This document shows positions 1-12,248 of a DNA stretch of 64,000 nt, one piece after another. The stretch spans positions 4,768,001 through 4,832,000 of the forward strand of contig CP086569.2 in assembly GCA_009914755.4 (NCBI GenBank), in the 5' to 3' direction. This stretch comes from the human T2T-CHM13v2.0 reference genome, Homo sapiens. The position numbers were made by a program, and so were the translations under genes. Under the pieces are notes generated by a model that had not been told where the DNA came from, did not search any database, and worked only from the letters and a program-made list of their open reading frames with translations. The first letter of the stretch is position 1; each line of letters opens with the position of its first letter.

Positions 1-3000
1 ATATTGTGCCATAAAATACTGGTTCTGACTTTCAATACATCATTTTAATTAATGTTGGTGTAATTTCATACATGTTATTAATCTCTGGATGGAGGTTAGA
101 GATTATATTGTATTGATGCCCTGATTAAAGTGTGTTATATTCACGGCACTTGAAGAAAAAAATCACTAGTAGTACAAAAATATCATTGTTTCTCTTAATT
201 CAACTTGATACCAAACATAACTTAAATCACTCCTAGTTTCGTTGCTATGGGGCATAGTATCTTAACTAGAAATATGAAATACTTCTAGTAAATTTGAGTA
301 GGTAAAGACTCCCTAAATATATAAACAGTAGTTATGCTTACAGAAAATTGGTGGCATTTTTCCTATCAATGAGTTGTTTTAAGATGAGTCAGAGCTAATG
401 AAGAGTCAGAAATCATCTCAGAAGACATGGTACTTTCTTCTAAAACAGAAACAGAAACTATTAGGACAAATGGCAATGAATTCTGCCTCCCCCTAAATTA
501 AAGCAGGAAAGTATGAGTCAGAGGTAAGGCCCTTTTAACATCTCCAGATATATCCCATGGTGTCAGGCCAACTGGATAGACCTTATAAATGGACTTACCT
601 GAAGCTTTCTTTAGCCCCTCTGTGCATGGCCTCGTATTTTCTGCCCTAAACTTTTCTCTTTTTACTTCAATTATCACTTATCCCGGAGACATATCACGAC
701 TATCCCATACTCCCCATTCCTTGACTAGTCTTACCTCCAACAAAGAAGAATATGCATTTTAGTTAAAATCCAGATTTATAAAAAAAGACACGTCTATGAT
801 TCCCAGTCCTTTGCCTCCACTGGGAAAAAATTTTTGATCTGTTTGAAATGTTCAAGGGAAAAAAGACCCAAGTTTGCTGCCTCTCCCATGCCATCCTTCA
901 GCTTCCCAGCCCTGCCTGTGGAGGTTTGATTCTACTTGGGCTACATCCTACTTCTCAAAAACCAGGTCACTGAGAAATCTGGGACTTTCATTCATATATG
1001 TGTCCAATGTTTTAGTGACCAAAAATAACAACAACAACAAAAAATCTACCACAAGATTCTGTCATTCACCCACTATAGCATTAATGACTTCCAATTATTC
1101 ACCAGGGACTTGATTAGAATGAGCCATCTCTGACTCGTTACTGCCAATTTGAAAGTATTTGCATTAAAGAGCAAAAGATACGAACTATTCTTACAATGCT
1201 TACCCATTTCCAAAAGAATGTGATCCACAGACAAATTTGTCATTTACCAAACTTCTCTCACCAAAATTTGCCACCATCTTTATTATGACGTCCATTTAAT
1301 CAATAGTCAGAGGCCATGAGACACAGAAGAAATGGCCTTCTTATGTGATAGAGAAACTGAAATCTTCTTTTGGAGAAAAGGAGATTTCTGGACTTTGATG
1401 ATAGTAGATCCAAAAGAAACTGGTTGAGGTCTTTTATCAATTTAGAAGGTAGAACCAATCAGAGTTAGAAGCACCCAAGAAGTCCTGAGACTTAAAAGAT
1501 AAAACACCTTCATATGATCTTAAATGTTTAGCACTATTTTCCCTTCTTGAAGTTGTATTATTACTGACTTCCTTTACCTGAGGTTTTCGCTGACATACAA
1601 TGAACCAGAAGCAACTTTAGTTTTATTTTCCTGATATTAATAAGCAATCAGTTAGGTTTATAGCAGTGTCTATTAGTGAAAGATCATATTTTCATTTTTG
1701 ATTACTGATTTTTTAAAGTTTAAGCTAATCACAAGTTTTCATTAAAATTTACCATTAGATCATTACCCTGCTTCTTTAAAACAATAGTTCAGATAAAGTA
1801 CACCTGCAACATAAAAAGCTTTTGGACTTTTCTTACAATGTTCTTAAAGGACCTTTTTACAAGAAATTTTTAAGAAAATCTTCTAAGAAATGTAAAATAC
1901 TTTATACCAGCTATTGAAGAATAGTAACGGTGAATTTTATTTTGAGAACCTGACTCAATTTATACATAGAAATAATAGCACTCAATATTTATTCATATTC
2001 TTAAATGGGCAAGTTAAAATTGTATTTAATTATATACTCTTAAAATTTTAGATGGTATTTCTTTGGTTTCTTTTTTCAATAAACATTACTTTTAGGGGTG
2101 GTAGTTTTGAAGGGAGCAGGGAAGAAATCTTTTTATCAGTAGCTCAATATTCTGGGATCAGAAAACACAATAGTTTTTGTTTTGCTTTTGCTCTTTTTGG
2201 GCAGTAATTACCTGATAAGTTTCTCATACTGAGAGCTCTGCAGAATACAGAGTTCTTGCCAGCATCAAAAGGACTTCCTTTTGAGAAGTAACCATATTTC
2301 AGTGAAAAAATCCTTGAACTAAAAACTAAGAGACTTGGCTTTCAAATCGGGTTCTGTAATAAACCAGCTGTGTGATCACGGGCAAGTCACCTAACCTTAC
2401 TGTGTCTTAGTGTCCTTTTCATAAGAGGAGAAGTAAGGCTAGATGATATCTGAAGTCTTTTCTAGTACTAGTATTCAGTGGTTGAATATCCTATATTTTT
2501 GTTATGAATGCAGCTCATCTAACTTAAGCACAAGAGAGCAGCTGCTAAAAAGAGCTGATTAGCAACAATTAGGAGTGGCATTTCATTTGTATTGCATATC
2601 TTCCCAATTAAAAGCATTTAGTGATTAAAATTACATGCTTGAAATACAGTCTTTAAAAGGAAATATTTTCAAATAAATGAAATCTCTGGGTCAAGGCCAA
2701 TTTGTATTTTAAACATTTGCATAATATTAAAGAGTTTTGCTGTAGTATAAGGCATGCTTAGCCATTGCAGGTTTTAGAATCTGAAGCGAGACAGAGATAG
2801 AGTCAAAGAGCGAGATAGAGAATGCAAGTGCACATGTGAGCACAAGCAAATGAAACAAGTAAAAAAGAGAATTCTGAATTATTATGCATGCTAGTAAAAA
2901 ATGATTGGTTCCTCCTAGGATGTTTACAGAATTAATCAGATTATATCTTGTGTTTCATTTCTATACTTCACATTAAGTCATATGTTTAAGATTTTCCTTT

Positions 3001-3634
3001 CTCTCTGAAAGCCAAAAGCTGACTTTTCAAAATCAAGGGAAGAATAGACTAAAAAAATGGAGACCCGAAAAATAGATGTGCTTCACTGTTCTCGTGGATA
3101 TAACAACCCTGATGTCTTCAATTAAATCTCCTTTGTTCCAGCTTAAAACATTGTGAATTTAAATTAACACTTTACGACATTTCAATCTGAGTGCATATTT
3201 CAAATTTTAACGTAATAAAATCATTTGATTGTTCTCTCAGATGGAGAAACCAGAGTAGTGATAGTGAACACAAGGCCAGAAAAAATGAAATGGTATTTAT
3301 TATATATTTTCTTATAAAAACAAAGTTGGGGGAAGTACACATTAAAACAGAACTTAGTACAAAAATTCTATCATTTTCAAGAATCTGTTCTTAATTTTGA
3401 AATCTGACAAAATAGGGAAAAAAAATCAATCACAGAAATTCCTATTCTTTGGACTACCATTTAAAAAAAAGAACCACATGCTATGAATAGTACTGTTCTA
3501 CAAAATAGGTTTTGCTAAGTCCTAGTGGGAAAAAAAATCCATGTATAATATCTTAAACCTTGTATGTGGCTTTATCAAAATTAACAATACTATTATTAAT
3601 ATTTTAATGTAAACTTATTTCTTCCTAAGAGACA

Positions 3635-3825
3635 TAGTGTTTTCTTACCCAAAGGGAGATGGTGTTTTCTTACCCAAAGAGAGATGGTGTTTTCTTACCT
3701 AAAGAGAGATGGTGTTTCCTTACCCAAAGGGAGATGGTGTTTTCTTACCCAAAGAGAGATGGTGTTTTCTCACCCAAAGAGAGATGGTGTTTTCTCACCC
3801 AAAGAGAGATGGTGTTTTCTTACAC
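3635..3825. repeat. Minisatellite with a 25-bp unit of about atggtgttttcttacccaaagagag, present in about 7.5 tandem copies
   Basis: The direct tandem repetition is visible in sequence. Copies differ by single substitutions (ctt/cct, ccc/cct, tta/tca). It translates as the periodic ORF 3659..3844. Confidence 0.9.
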
Positions 3826-6800
3826 ATCACTCTCCTTTCCTTAGTATGACTTTAAAGTAGCGAGGGACTGGCTGACATTAGGGTTATCGGCAGATATGTG
3901 ACTAACGGCTTGGGACATTTTATTGTAATCCATTTTTTATTGTATTTCCCTTGACAAGGCTACAAATGAATTCTGAAATAAATGTTCTAGAAGTAGTGCA
4001 TAGACTCTAAAAGGCACCACAGTATTGAATATATAAGCAACAGTTGCTTTTCCCCCTAATAGTTTTAGACAGCCTATAGCAAACCAAGAATTTTTAGTGG
4101 AATGAAAGTGAATTTATGATAATACTTATTATATCTGTATTGAGAATATTCAATGTGTATTAAAGTATTTCCTTAGTGTTTTCTAAAACAGCCATTTTAT
4201 TGTAGTGTTATCCATTTGAATCTATGTTCTTGCATTCCTGTGGCCCAAAGATGTATCAGTAATACTAAGAGAAAAGTGAAAAAAAATTAAATATCAGGTT
4301 AGTTATTGATAAATCAAGCAGTGGTGAAAGTCAGAAATAAATTTTGAGTCTTTCCACCAGCATTCCTCGATCTAAAGAGTAAATGGCTTTTAATCAGTTT
4401 TAGAACTAGATCTCTTTGGAACTATTTTTAGTACTTACTGGCACTGTATGCATTTTCTGGGCAACTGTACCAGATTTATAGCTCTAAAAGTGCTGTGTTA
4501 TTTATTGCCTTCCAATAGGCAATGAAGTGGTGTCTTGCACATGCATGTGTCAAAAATGTTAAAGTTTTCTCCAGTTGTCTTGTTAATTCTTTCCCAGGAC
4601 AATAGACAAAATATATGGCTCTCTATTTGGCAATGAATATCCTTTATCAATTTTTTAAAAGAAAAAAAAACTTCTCTTGCAAATTTCACATCCAACATCA
4701 ACTTTCTCTTTTTTGATTTTACAAATCTCCACAAAGAATTAAAGTCTCAGAAGGGCTTTATCTTGTTTATTTTAGCAGTTTTTGTCTTGGGTTTGCAATC
4801 CTAAAGCTTATTTTTGAATTTAGGAAGAAATATCACTCACAAATGAAGGTTATTAGGATGAGGTTATTAGAAAGTCCATACATTTTTCATGACCTCAACC
4901 TGAATTGGCACTTTTGTATACTAGAGATCAATGCCATTTCAGATATCAGAATCCAAAAATCAACATATCATGTGTAAATGATTCTTGCATGCAGTTCTTA
5001 TATATTATTTTCTTCCCTGATTTTTGTTTTCTTTGTTGATCACACGTATCCGTGTTTGACAGATGTAGGGTTTTGCATCTTTTCAATAATGCACTGGCTA
5101 CATACCACACTTAGTATTTGTCATAATTTATTCTGAAAATCAAGTTTTACAACTAGGTTGTAAAATTTTACTAGCAATTGACACTTTGGCTTTTATTACA
5201 TTTTTGAACAGAAAAGAAGTAGTTGTTTCAGGAAATAATTTTGAAATTGTTTTCTGGACAGTTTTATTAAAATAAAAGACAAAAAAAAAAACCCAAGTCA
5301 ACAATTATAGAGTATTCCTGTGCCTATACAGACTGAGAATTAACAACAACCAAATTCTGCTCTTCTTTTATCTTTTAAAATAAGAGCCACTACTTTAATT
5401 CGTGCATTTATTTATCTAACAAATGTTTTCTGAATGTGTTCACATATGCCAGGTGCTATATCTTTAGATATTATACATTTAAACAAAGCTTCATGCCATA
5501 TTACTTAGTATATGAAGGCGTACCTAGAGATATACACATAGAGAGTTTGCCCCTATACACAGAAATAAATAATTTTAAGTGGATTTGGAATTCAGGGTAG
5601 TGCAGGTCAATTCTTCCAAACTTTTAACTTTTTTGTATATAAGGATGTGTCGATGCTGAAGATAGGGAGATGATGAATTAAGGAGCCATATGTTTTATCT
5701 TCTTTTTCATTTTTCTCACTGTCCTGCTGTCATGGTCAAACATATGGCAAAAGGCTTCAGTTTTTTAATTGCTCATGTGGATGTGAGCTCAGTTGAACTA
5801 ACTACATTTGGGGTAGGACTGATGTTGGATTCATGTGTTAGTTATTCTTTATTCCTGAAGGAGATTGAACAGAAAACAGTCTTGGAATCATCATTCAGTA
5901 ATAATAGTAAGCTCATGTTGGTACTATACTTTGACGTCAACTTAGATATCTCACCAAAATTTTGTTGAAAATTATTTATGTCTTAACCTGTGGGCAACTC
6001 CTGTTCAAATCCCGTGGACAATATTAAGTTTAAATATGTTTGCTCAGCAAGTCTTTGTAGAACTCTAAAAATCTGGAAAAATGGGGGTTATGCATGCAAT
6101 CACCTGGCTAATCATAGATTCTTTTTAAAGAAAAACATGATGTCTTAGGATAGTACAGTTGAATAGAATTTGTGCAATAATGAAAATGTTCTACATCTGC
6201 AGTGTCCAACGTAGTAGCTACTGGCCACATGGAGCTGTTGAGAACTTAAAATATGGGTAGTGCAAGTAGGAACTGATGTTTTAAATTAATCTAATTCATT
6301 TAATTTAAATCTAAATTTAAATGCTCCTTTGGGGCTAATTACCATCATATTGAACAGAGTAGTTGTGAAACACAGAATAGCAATGGTGACATTATCCATT
6401 AACTAATATGTACATTTCATTATCACCTTGAGAGTTAGAAAAATATATTTTTAAGATTATTGCCATTTCACATAAAGTAATTAAAAGACAGTGAGTATGC
6501 TGATCTTGGATTTTTCATCTGACACAAGCTTGCCTTAATTTGCTTTGGAAAGCAAAGGCCAACTCAAAATTCAGACAAACACATAAAAGTAAAACCTAAA
6601 TATATAAACAAGAAATGCACAAACATAAATACATAAATTTTAAAATTAAAACTTACATATTCGTTTTCCCAGATGTATTGTATTCATAAATTGGATAGTT
6701 GGCTCCGAAACTTAAGAACTTTGGAACATTTTCCTTGTTCTTTTTATATTATATTATCTTTGTTTCTGTTTATGCAACCTCTAATAATAACTTACAATTT

Positions 6801-7974
6801 CCCCTTATAGCTCTTATTAAAAATGTAGTGATTCTCTTAATGTAAATCCGTTAGTGTCAATACCATCATTAAATCCATAGTTATTGATTTTTCTTTCACC
6901 TTAACTAGAACTTACCTTTTATCACATTAGTAAAATATGTTTACTCACCACCATAACCTTGGCATCTAGGAGAATGCTCTCACTATATTAGCCACTCAGT
7001 ATTGGAATGTCAAGGATTAAAAGAATAGTATTAAGTGCCATGGATTTTATGAAGTACAATTTAGAAACTATTTTTTCTACCCATAAATAGACATTTTGGA
7101 TTTGAACCTTCCTAAAAACCTCTTAGAATATCATTACAAAAATTAAATTATCATTAATCACTAAATTTGTTTAGATCAAATTATAGTAGTATGTTATGGT
7201 ATTTACTTACATTCAATGTTGTCATGAAATTCTATTTTTTCTTAAAATATGCAGTATATCAAATAATAGATTTTGCTTGCTAATTTTCAAATATAAATAC
7301 GTATAACATGAAAATGTTTTTCTTACTATATAATCAAGGAAAAGCCAGGTTGATTATTGCTCTATCTGAGTAAAATAGGAATAGAATGCTCACGTTTATT
7401 GTATGAATTAAAAACAAAATAACTAATATACTTTGGTTAGCTCTTGTGAAATGTTTTTTTAAATAACGTTGGAACAAACTAATGATTTTAATTAATATTT
7501 CTGAAATGCCATCTTAAATTTTGTAATAAACATCTAATTCCTCCACAAAGATATATTATGGCACTGCATTTGAATAAAAGTATAAGTGAATCTCAGCACC
7601 CCCCCAAAATCTGAAAGTTTGCAGAAATATCTTCAAGTAATTCATAAGAGGAAAAAATGAGATGCATTTGGATATTGTTTAAGACTATATATAGGCAATT
7701 ATAAGACAGGTAAATTTTTTAAAGATAATGTGATTGAAATACATTTATAAACTGATCATATATTCTAGCAGTCTCTGAAAACCTGGTATTATTTATTAGG
7801 TTCTAATTTTTAGGATCTTGTTTTAGACAGTGGTATGACAAAACTATAACCTCAGATCTTATCCTGTTCTTTTATGATACAGCACATAAATGAGAGATCA
7901 ATAACCAATCCATGCCACTTGTCCAGAACATGTATGTTAAAAATGTAGTAGAGAATTAAAAATTATTTAGATGT

Positions 7975-7976
<2 letters not shown>

Positions 7977-8012
<36 letters not shown>
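7977..8012. repeat. (GT)n dinucleotide microsatellite, about 18 units
   Basis: Uninterrupted gtgt run. Confidence 0.95.
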
Positions 8013-8014
<2 letters not shown>

Positions 8015-8220
8015 CTGTTCATAAATCACCCATGAATAGGAATCTTAAAGTCCTCCTCCGATCTTTTCTTCATACCCTCCAGTACCTTTTTATCTCATTC
8101 ATCTCTGTCATAATGCTGCAAGTAACACTGGACAGGAATCCTCCTCTCTCATTTCTCCTCGGTGAGCTGGCAAGATCACTACGTTTGTGTGTAGGGATCA
8201 TCTTATTGTAGTACAGGGAG

Positions 8221-8546
<326 letters not shown>

Positions 8547-9086
8547 GAGGGGATTGTTTTTTAAATATTCCCATACTGTGACTTTGTGGGCATGAATTGA
8601 AAATAGGTCCTATCCGAAGCTACCTTTTTCAATTTGAGATCTTGACCTGTGAATTTTAGTTCCTTGTGCTTGCATGTTAAAAAAAAAAAAAAAAAAAAAG
8701 TAAGAAAATAACATTGCATTGTTAATCTCTGAGATAATTTCATTTTAACTGTGTGTTCCTATGGGAAATATTGAAATTCTTTGTATTTTATACAAATTTA
8801 TATTTTAACCAGTTTGTGTATTTTTTTTCCATCTGCTAAAGGTTTTAGCTGTATTTATTAGATATGATACTTATGATGTTGTCTTGGAGGAATATTTTTA
8901 TTTCGGTGCTTACTTTGGTACTGAAAAAGCATCTTAGGCAACTGAAATCTACAGTAAAAAATATTTTAATTCATTTGGAATAATCTTGGATAATTCACTT
9001 ACAGCTTCATTTATCTTGCAAAAATTTAGTGACAATTCTTTTTAAAATTCTATATACTTTTTTCTTTTGAAAACTTAAATAGTTCG

Positions 9087-9366
9087 AAAACCAAACATTG
9101 TGTGTTCTCACTGATATATGGGTGCTAAGTTATGAGGACGCAAAGGCATAAGAATGATACGATGGACATTGGGGACTTTGGGGAAAGAGAAGGAAGGTGG
9201 TGAGGGATAAAAAACTACAAATATGGTGGAGTGTATATTGCTCCAGTGATGGGTGCACCAAAATCTCACAAATCACCACTAAAGAATTTACTCATGTAAC
9301 CAAATACCACCTGAACCCCAATAACTTATGGAAAAATGAAATAAAAAATTAATTAATTAAAAAAAC
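9087..9366 (+). mobile_element. Old L1 (L1M/L1PB-like) 3'-end fragment with an A-rich tail, flanked by an approximate TSD AAACTTAAATAGTTC
   Basis: It matches the L1 3'UTR end (ttctcactgatatatgg...ctgaaccccaataacttatggaaaaatgaaataaaaaa). The flank AAAACTTAAATAGTTC lies at about 9071..9086 and reappears at about 9389..9404. Confidence 0.75.
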
Positions 9367-9728
9367 TGAAATAGTTCACATAATTTAAAAAAACTTAAAT
9401 AGCTCACATAAATAAGTTACATATATTACCATAAAATGCTACAATCTGAAGCCTCCTGTCCCCAGAACATCTTCTAGTACAGTTCTCTAATTTTACAAAT
9501 ATCAAGAAAAGTAAAGTAACTTGCTTGTAATCACGATATTTGTTATAGGCAGAGTTGAGACTTAGAACTGAAGTCTTCTGGCACCTATTTCTGAACTGAT
9601 CCCATTATTTTATGTGGCTTCAAGAAACTGAAAATTGTTCTCATTAGATAAGCTAACATAAGTTAAATTATATTTTATTATTCACATTAATATTAATATA
9701 TTAATTTATATTAACATAAGTTAATTCT

Positions 9729-9749
9729 GTTTCATTGCATGTTTTCCAG
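9729..9749 (+). other. 3' splice acceptor of the protocadherin exon (polypyrimidine tract ctgtttcattgcatgttttccAG)
   Basis: A pyrimidine-rich run ends in CAG at 9747..9749. Protein homology begins exactly at 9750 (SQNIFGL...). An in-frame stop lies 24 nt upstream. Confidence 0.7.
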
Positions 9750-12242
9750 AGTCAAAACATTTTTGGCCTCGATGTCATTGAAACACCAGAAGGAGACAAG
9801 ATGCCACAACTGATTGTTCAAAAGGAGTTAGATAGGGAAGAGAAGGATACCTATGTGATGAAAGTAAAGGTTGAAGATGGTGGCTTTCCTCAAAGATCCA
9901 GTACTGCTATTTTGCAAGTAAGTGTTACTGATACAAATGACAACCACCCAGTCTTTAAGGAGACAGAGATTGAAGTCAGTATACCAGAAAATGCTCCTGT
10001 AGGCACTTCAGTGACACAGCTCCATGCCACAGATGCTGACATAGGTGAAAATGCCAAGATCCACTTCTCTTTCAGCAATCTAGTCTCCAACATTGCCAGG
10101 AGATTATTTCACCTCAATGCCACCACTGGACTTATCACAATCAAAGAACCACTGGATAGGGAAGAAACACCAAACCACAAGTTACTGGTTTTGGCAAGTG
10201 ATGGTGGATTGATGCCAGCAAGAGCAATGGTGCTGGTAAATGTTACAGATGTCAATGATAATGTCCCATCCATTGACATAAGATACATCGTCAATCCTGT
10301 CAATGACACAGTTGTTCTTTCAGAAAATATTCCACTCAACACCAAAATTGCTCTCATAACTGTGACGGATAAGGATGCGGACCATAATGGCAGGGTGACA
10401 TGCTTCACAGATCATGAAATTCCTTTCAGATTAAGGCCAGTATTCAGTAATCAGTTCCTCCTGGAGAATGCAGCATATCTTGACTATGAGTCCACAAAAG
10501 AATATGCCATTAAATTACTGGCTGCAGATGCTGGCAAACCTCCTTTGAATCAGTCAGCAATGCTCTTCATCAAAGTGAAAGATGAAAATGACAATGCTCC
10601 AGTTTTCACCCAGTCTTTCGTAACTGTTTCTATTCCTGAGAATAACTCTCCTGGCATCCAGTTGATGAAAGTAAGTGCAACGGATGCAGACAGTGGGCCT
10701 AATGCTGAGATCAATTACCTGCTAGGCCCTGATGCTCCACCTGAATTCAGCCTGGATCGTCGTACAGGCATGCTGACTGTAGTGAAGAAACTAGATAGAG
10801 AAAAAGAGGATAAATATTTATTCACAATTCTGGCAAAAGATAATGGGGTACCACCCTTAACCAGCAATGTCACAGTCTTTGTAAGCATTATTGATCAGAA
10901 TGACAATAGCCCAGTTTTCACTCACAATGAATACAAATTCTATGTCCCAGAAAACCTTCCAAGGCATGGTACAGTAGGACTAATCACTGTAACTGATCCT
11001 GATTATGGAGACAATTCTGCAGTTACGCTCTCCATTTTAGATGAGAATGATGACTTCACCATTGATTCACAAACTGGTGTCATCCGACCAAATATTTCAT
11101 TTGATAGAGAAAAACAAGAATCTTACACTTTCTATGTAAAGGCTGAGGATGGTGGTAGAGTATCACGTTCTTCAAGTGCCAAAGTAACCATAAATGTGGT
11201 TGATGTCAATGACAACAAACCAGTTTTCATTGTCCCTCCTTACAACTATTCTTATGAATTGGTTCTACCGTCCACTAATCCAGGCACAGTGGTCTTTCAG
11301 GTAATTGCTGTTGACAATGACACTGGCATGAATGCAGAGGTTCGTTACAGCATTGTAGGAGGAAACACAAGAGATCTGTTTGCAATCGACCAAGAAACAG
11401 GCAACATAACATTGATGGAGAAATGTGATGTTACAGACCTTGGTTTACACAGAGTGTTGGTCAAAGCTAATGACTTAGGACAGCCTGATTCTCTCTTCAG
11501 TGTTGTAATTGTCAATCTGTTCGTGAATGAGTCAGTGACCAATGCTACACTGATTAATGAACTGGTGCGCAAAAGCATTGAAGCACCAGTGACCCCAAAT
11601 ACTGAGATAGCTGATGTATCCTCACCAACTAGTGACTATGTCAAGATCCTGGTTGCAGCTGTTGCTGGCACCATAACTGTCGTTGTAGTTATTTTCATCA
11701 CTGCTGTAGTAAGATGTCGCCAGGCACCACACCTTAAGGCTGCTCAGAAAAACATGCAGAATTCTGAATGGGCTACCCCAAACCCAGAAAACAGGCAGAT
11801 GATAATGATGAAGAAAAAGAAAAAGAAGAAGAAGCATTCCCCTAAGAACCTGCTGCTTAATTTTGTCACTATTGAAGAAACTAAGGCAGATGATGTTGAC
11901 AGTGATGGAAACAGAGTCACACTAGACCTTCCTATTGATCTAGAAGAGCAAACAATGGGAAAGTACAATTGGGTAACTACACCTACTACTTTCAAGCCTG
12001 ACAGCCCTGATTTGGCCCGACACTACAAATCTGCCTCTCCACAGCCTGCCTTCCAAATTCAGCCTGAAACTCCCCTGAATTTGAAGCACCACATCATCCA
12101 AGAACTGCCTCTCGATAACACCTTTGTGGCCTGTGACTCTATCTCCAAGTGTTCCTCAAGCAGTTCAGATCCCTACAGCGTTTCTGACTGTGGCTATCCA
12201 GTGACAACCTTCGAGGTACCTGTGTCCGTACACACCAGACCG
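9750..12242 (+). CDS. PCDH11X/PCDH11Y: Protocadherin-11 (PCDH11X/PCDH11Y) large internal coding exon. It encodes the C-terminal part of EC2 through EC7, the transmembrane helix and the proximal cytoplasmic region including the poly-Lys tract. The exon is 2493 nt, which is 831 codons.
   Basis: The six-frame track shows an 846-aa ORF at 9735..12275 whose apparent start is a TTG; the real exon is shorter. Five cadherin-repeat signatures DxNDNxP(V/S)(F/I) recur about every 110 aa: [45 protein letters not shown]. Ca-binding motifs are present ([21 protein letters not shown]). A hydrophobic TM segment [22 protein letters not shown] lies at about 11646..11712. The cytoplasmic [17 protein letters not shown]...[25 protein letters not shown] sequence I recognise as protocadherin-11 X/Y. 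Upstream in frame there is a stop (taa at 9723..9725), and a polypyrimidine tract plus CAG ends at 9749. Downstream, CCG|GTAGGT follows at 12243. Confidence 0.9.
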
Positions 12243-12248
12243 GTAGGT
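12243..12248 (+). other. 5' splice donor GTAGGT ending the protocadherin exon
   Basis: The sequence is ccg|gtaggt. Downstream in frame, the ORF reads [10 protein letters not shown] then stop, with no cadherin-like sequence. Confidence 0.65.

Noticed and set aside
3635-3825. Tandem 25-bp direct repeats considered as a CRISPR-like array
   Set aside because: The units are contiguous with no unique spacers and lie in a mammalian intron. It is a minisatellite.
8561-8700. Unique segment ending in a 20-nt poly(A) (8680..8699), possibly a retroposed fragment or processed pseudogene tail
   Set aside because: I cannot recognise the upstream 120 bp as any known SINE, snRNA or mRNA 3' end, and no TSD is evident. 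It is left unannotated.
9735-9749. ORF-track start of the 846-aa ORF at 9735 (shown as M)
   Set aside because: The codon at 9735 is TTG; there is no ATG. The ORF finder used alternative starts. The segment 9729..9749 is the polypyrimidine tract plus AG acceptor, and protein homology begins at 9750. The tail of the ORF after 12242 ([10 protein letters not shown]) is intron read-through.
9890-11995. Antisense ORFs overlapping the protocadherin exon (9890..10093, 10109..10408, 11345..11578, 11622..11837, 11744..11995, all minus strand)
   Set aside because: These are shadow ORFs on the opposite strand of a real coding exon, with low-complexity serine/leucine-rich translations and no recognisable domains.
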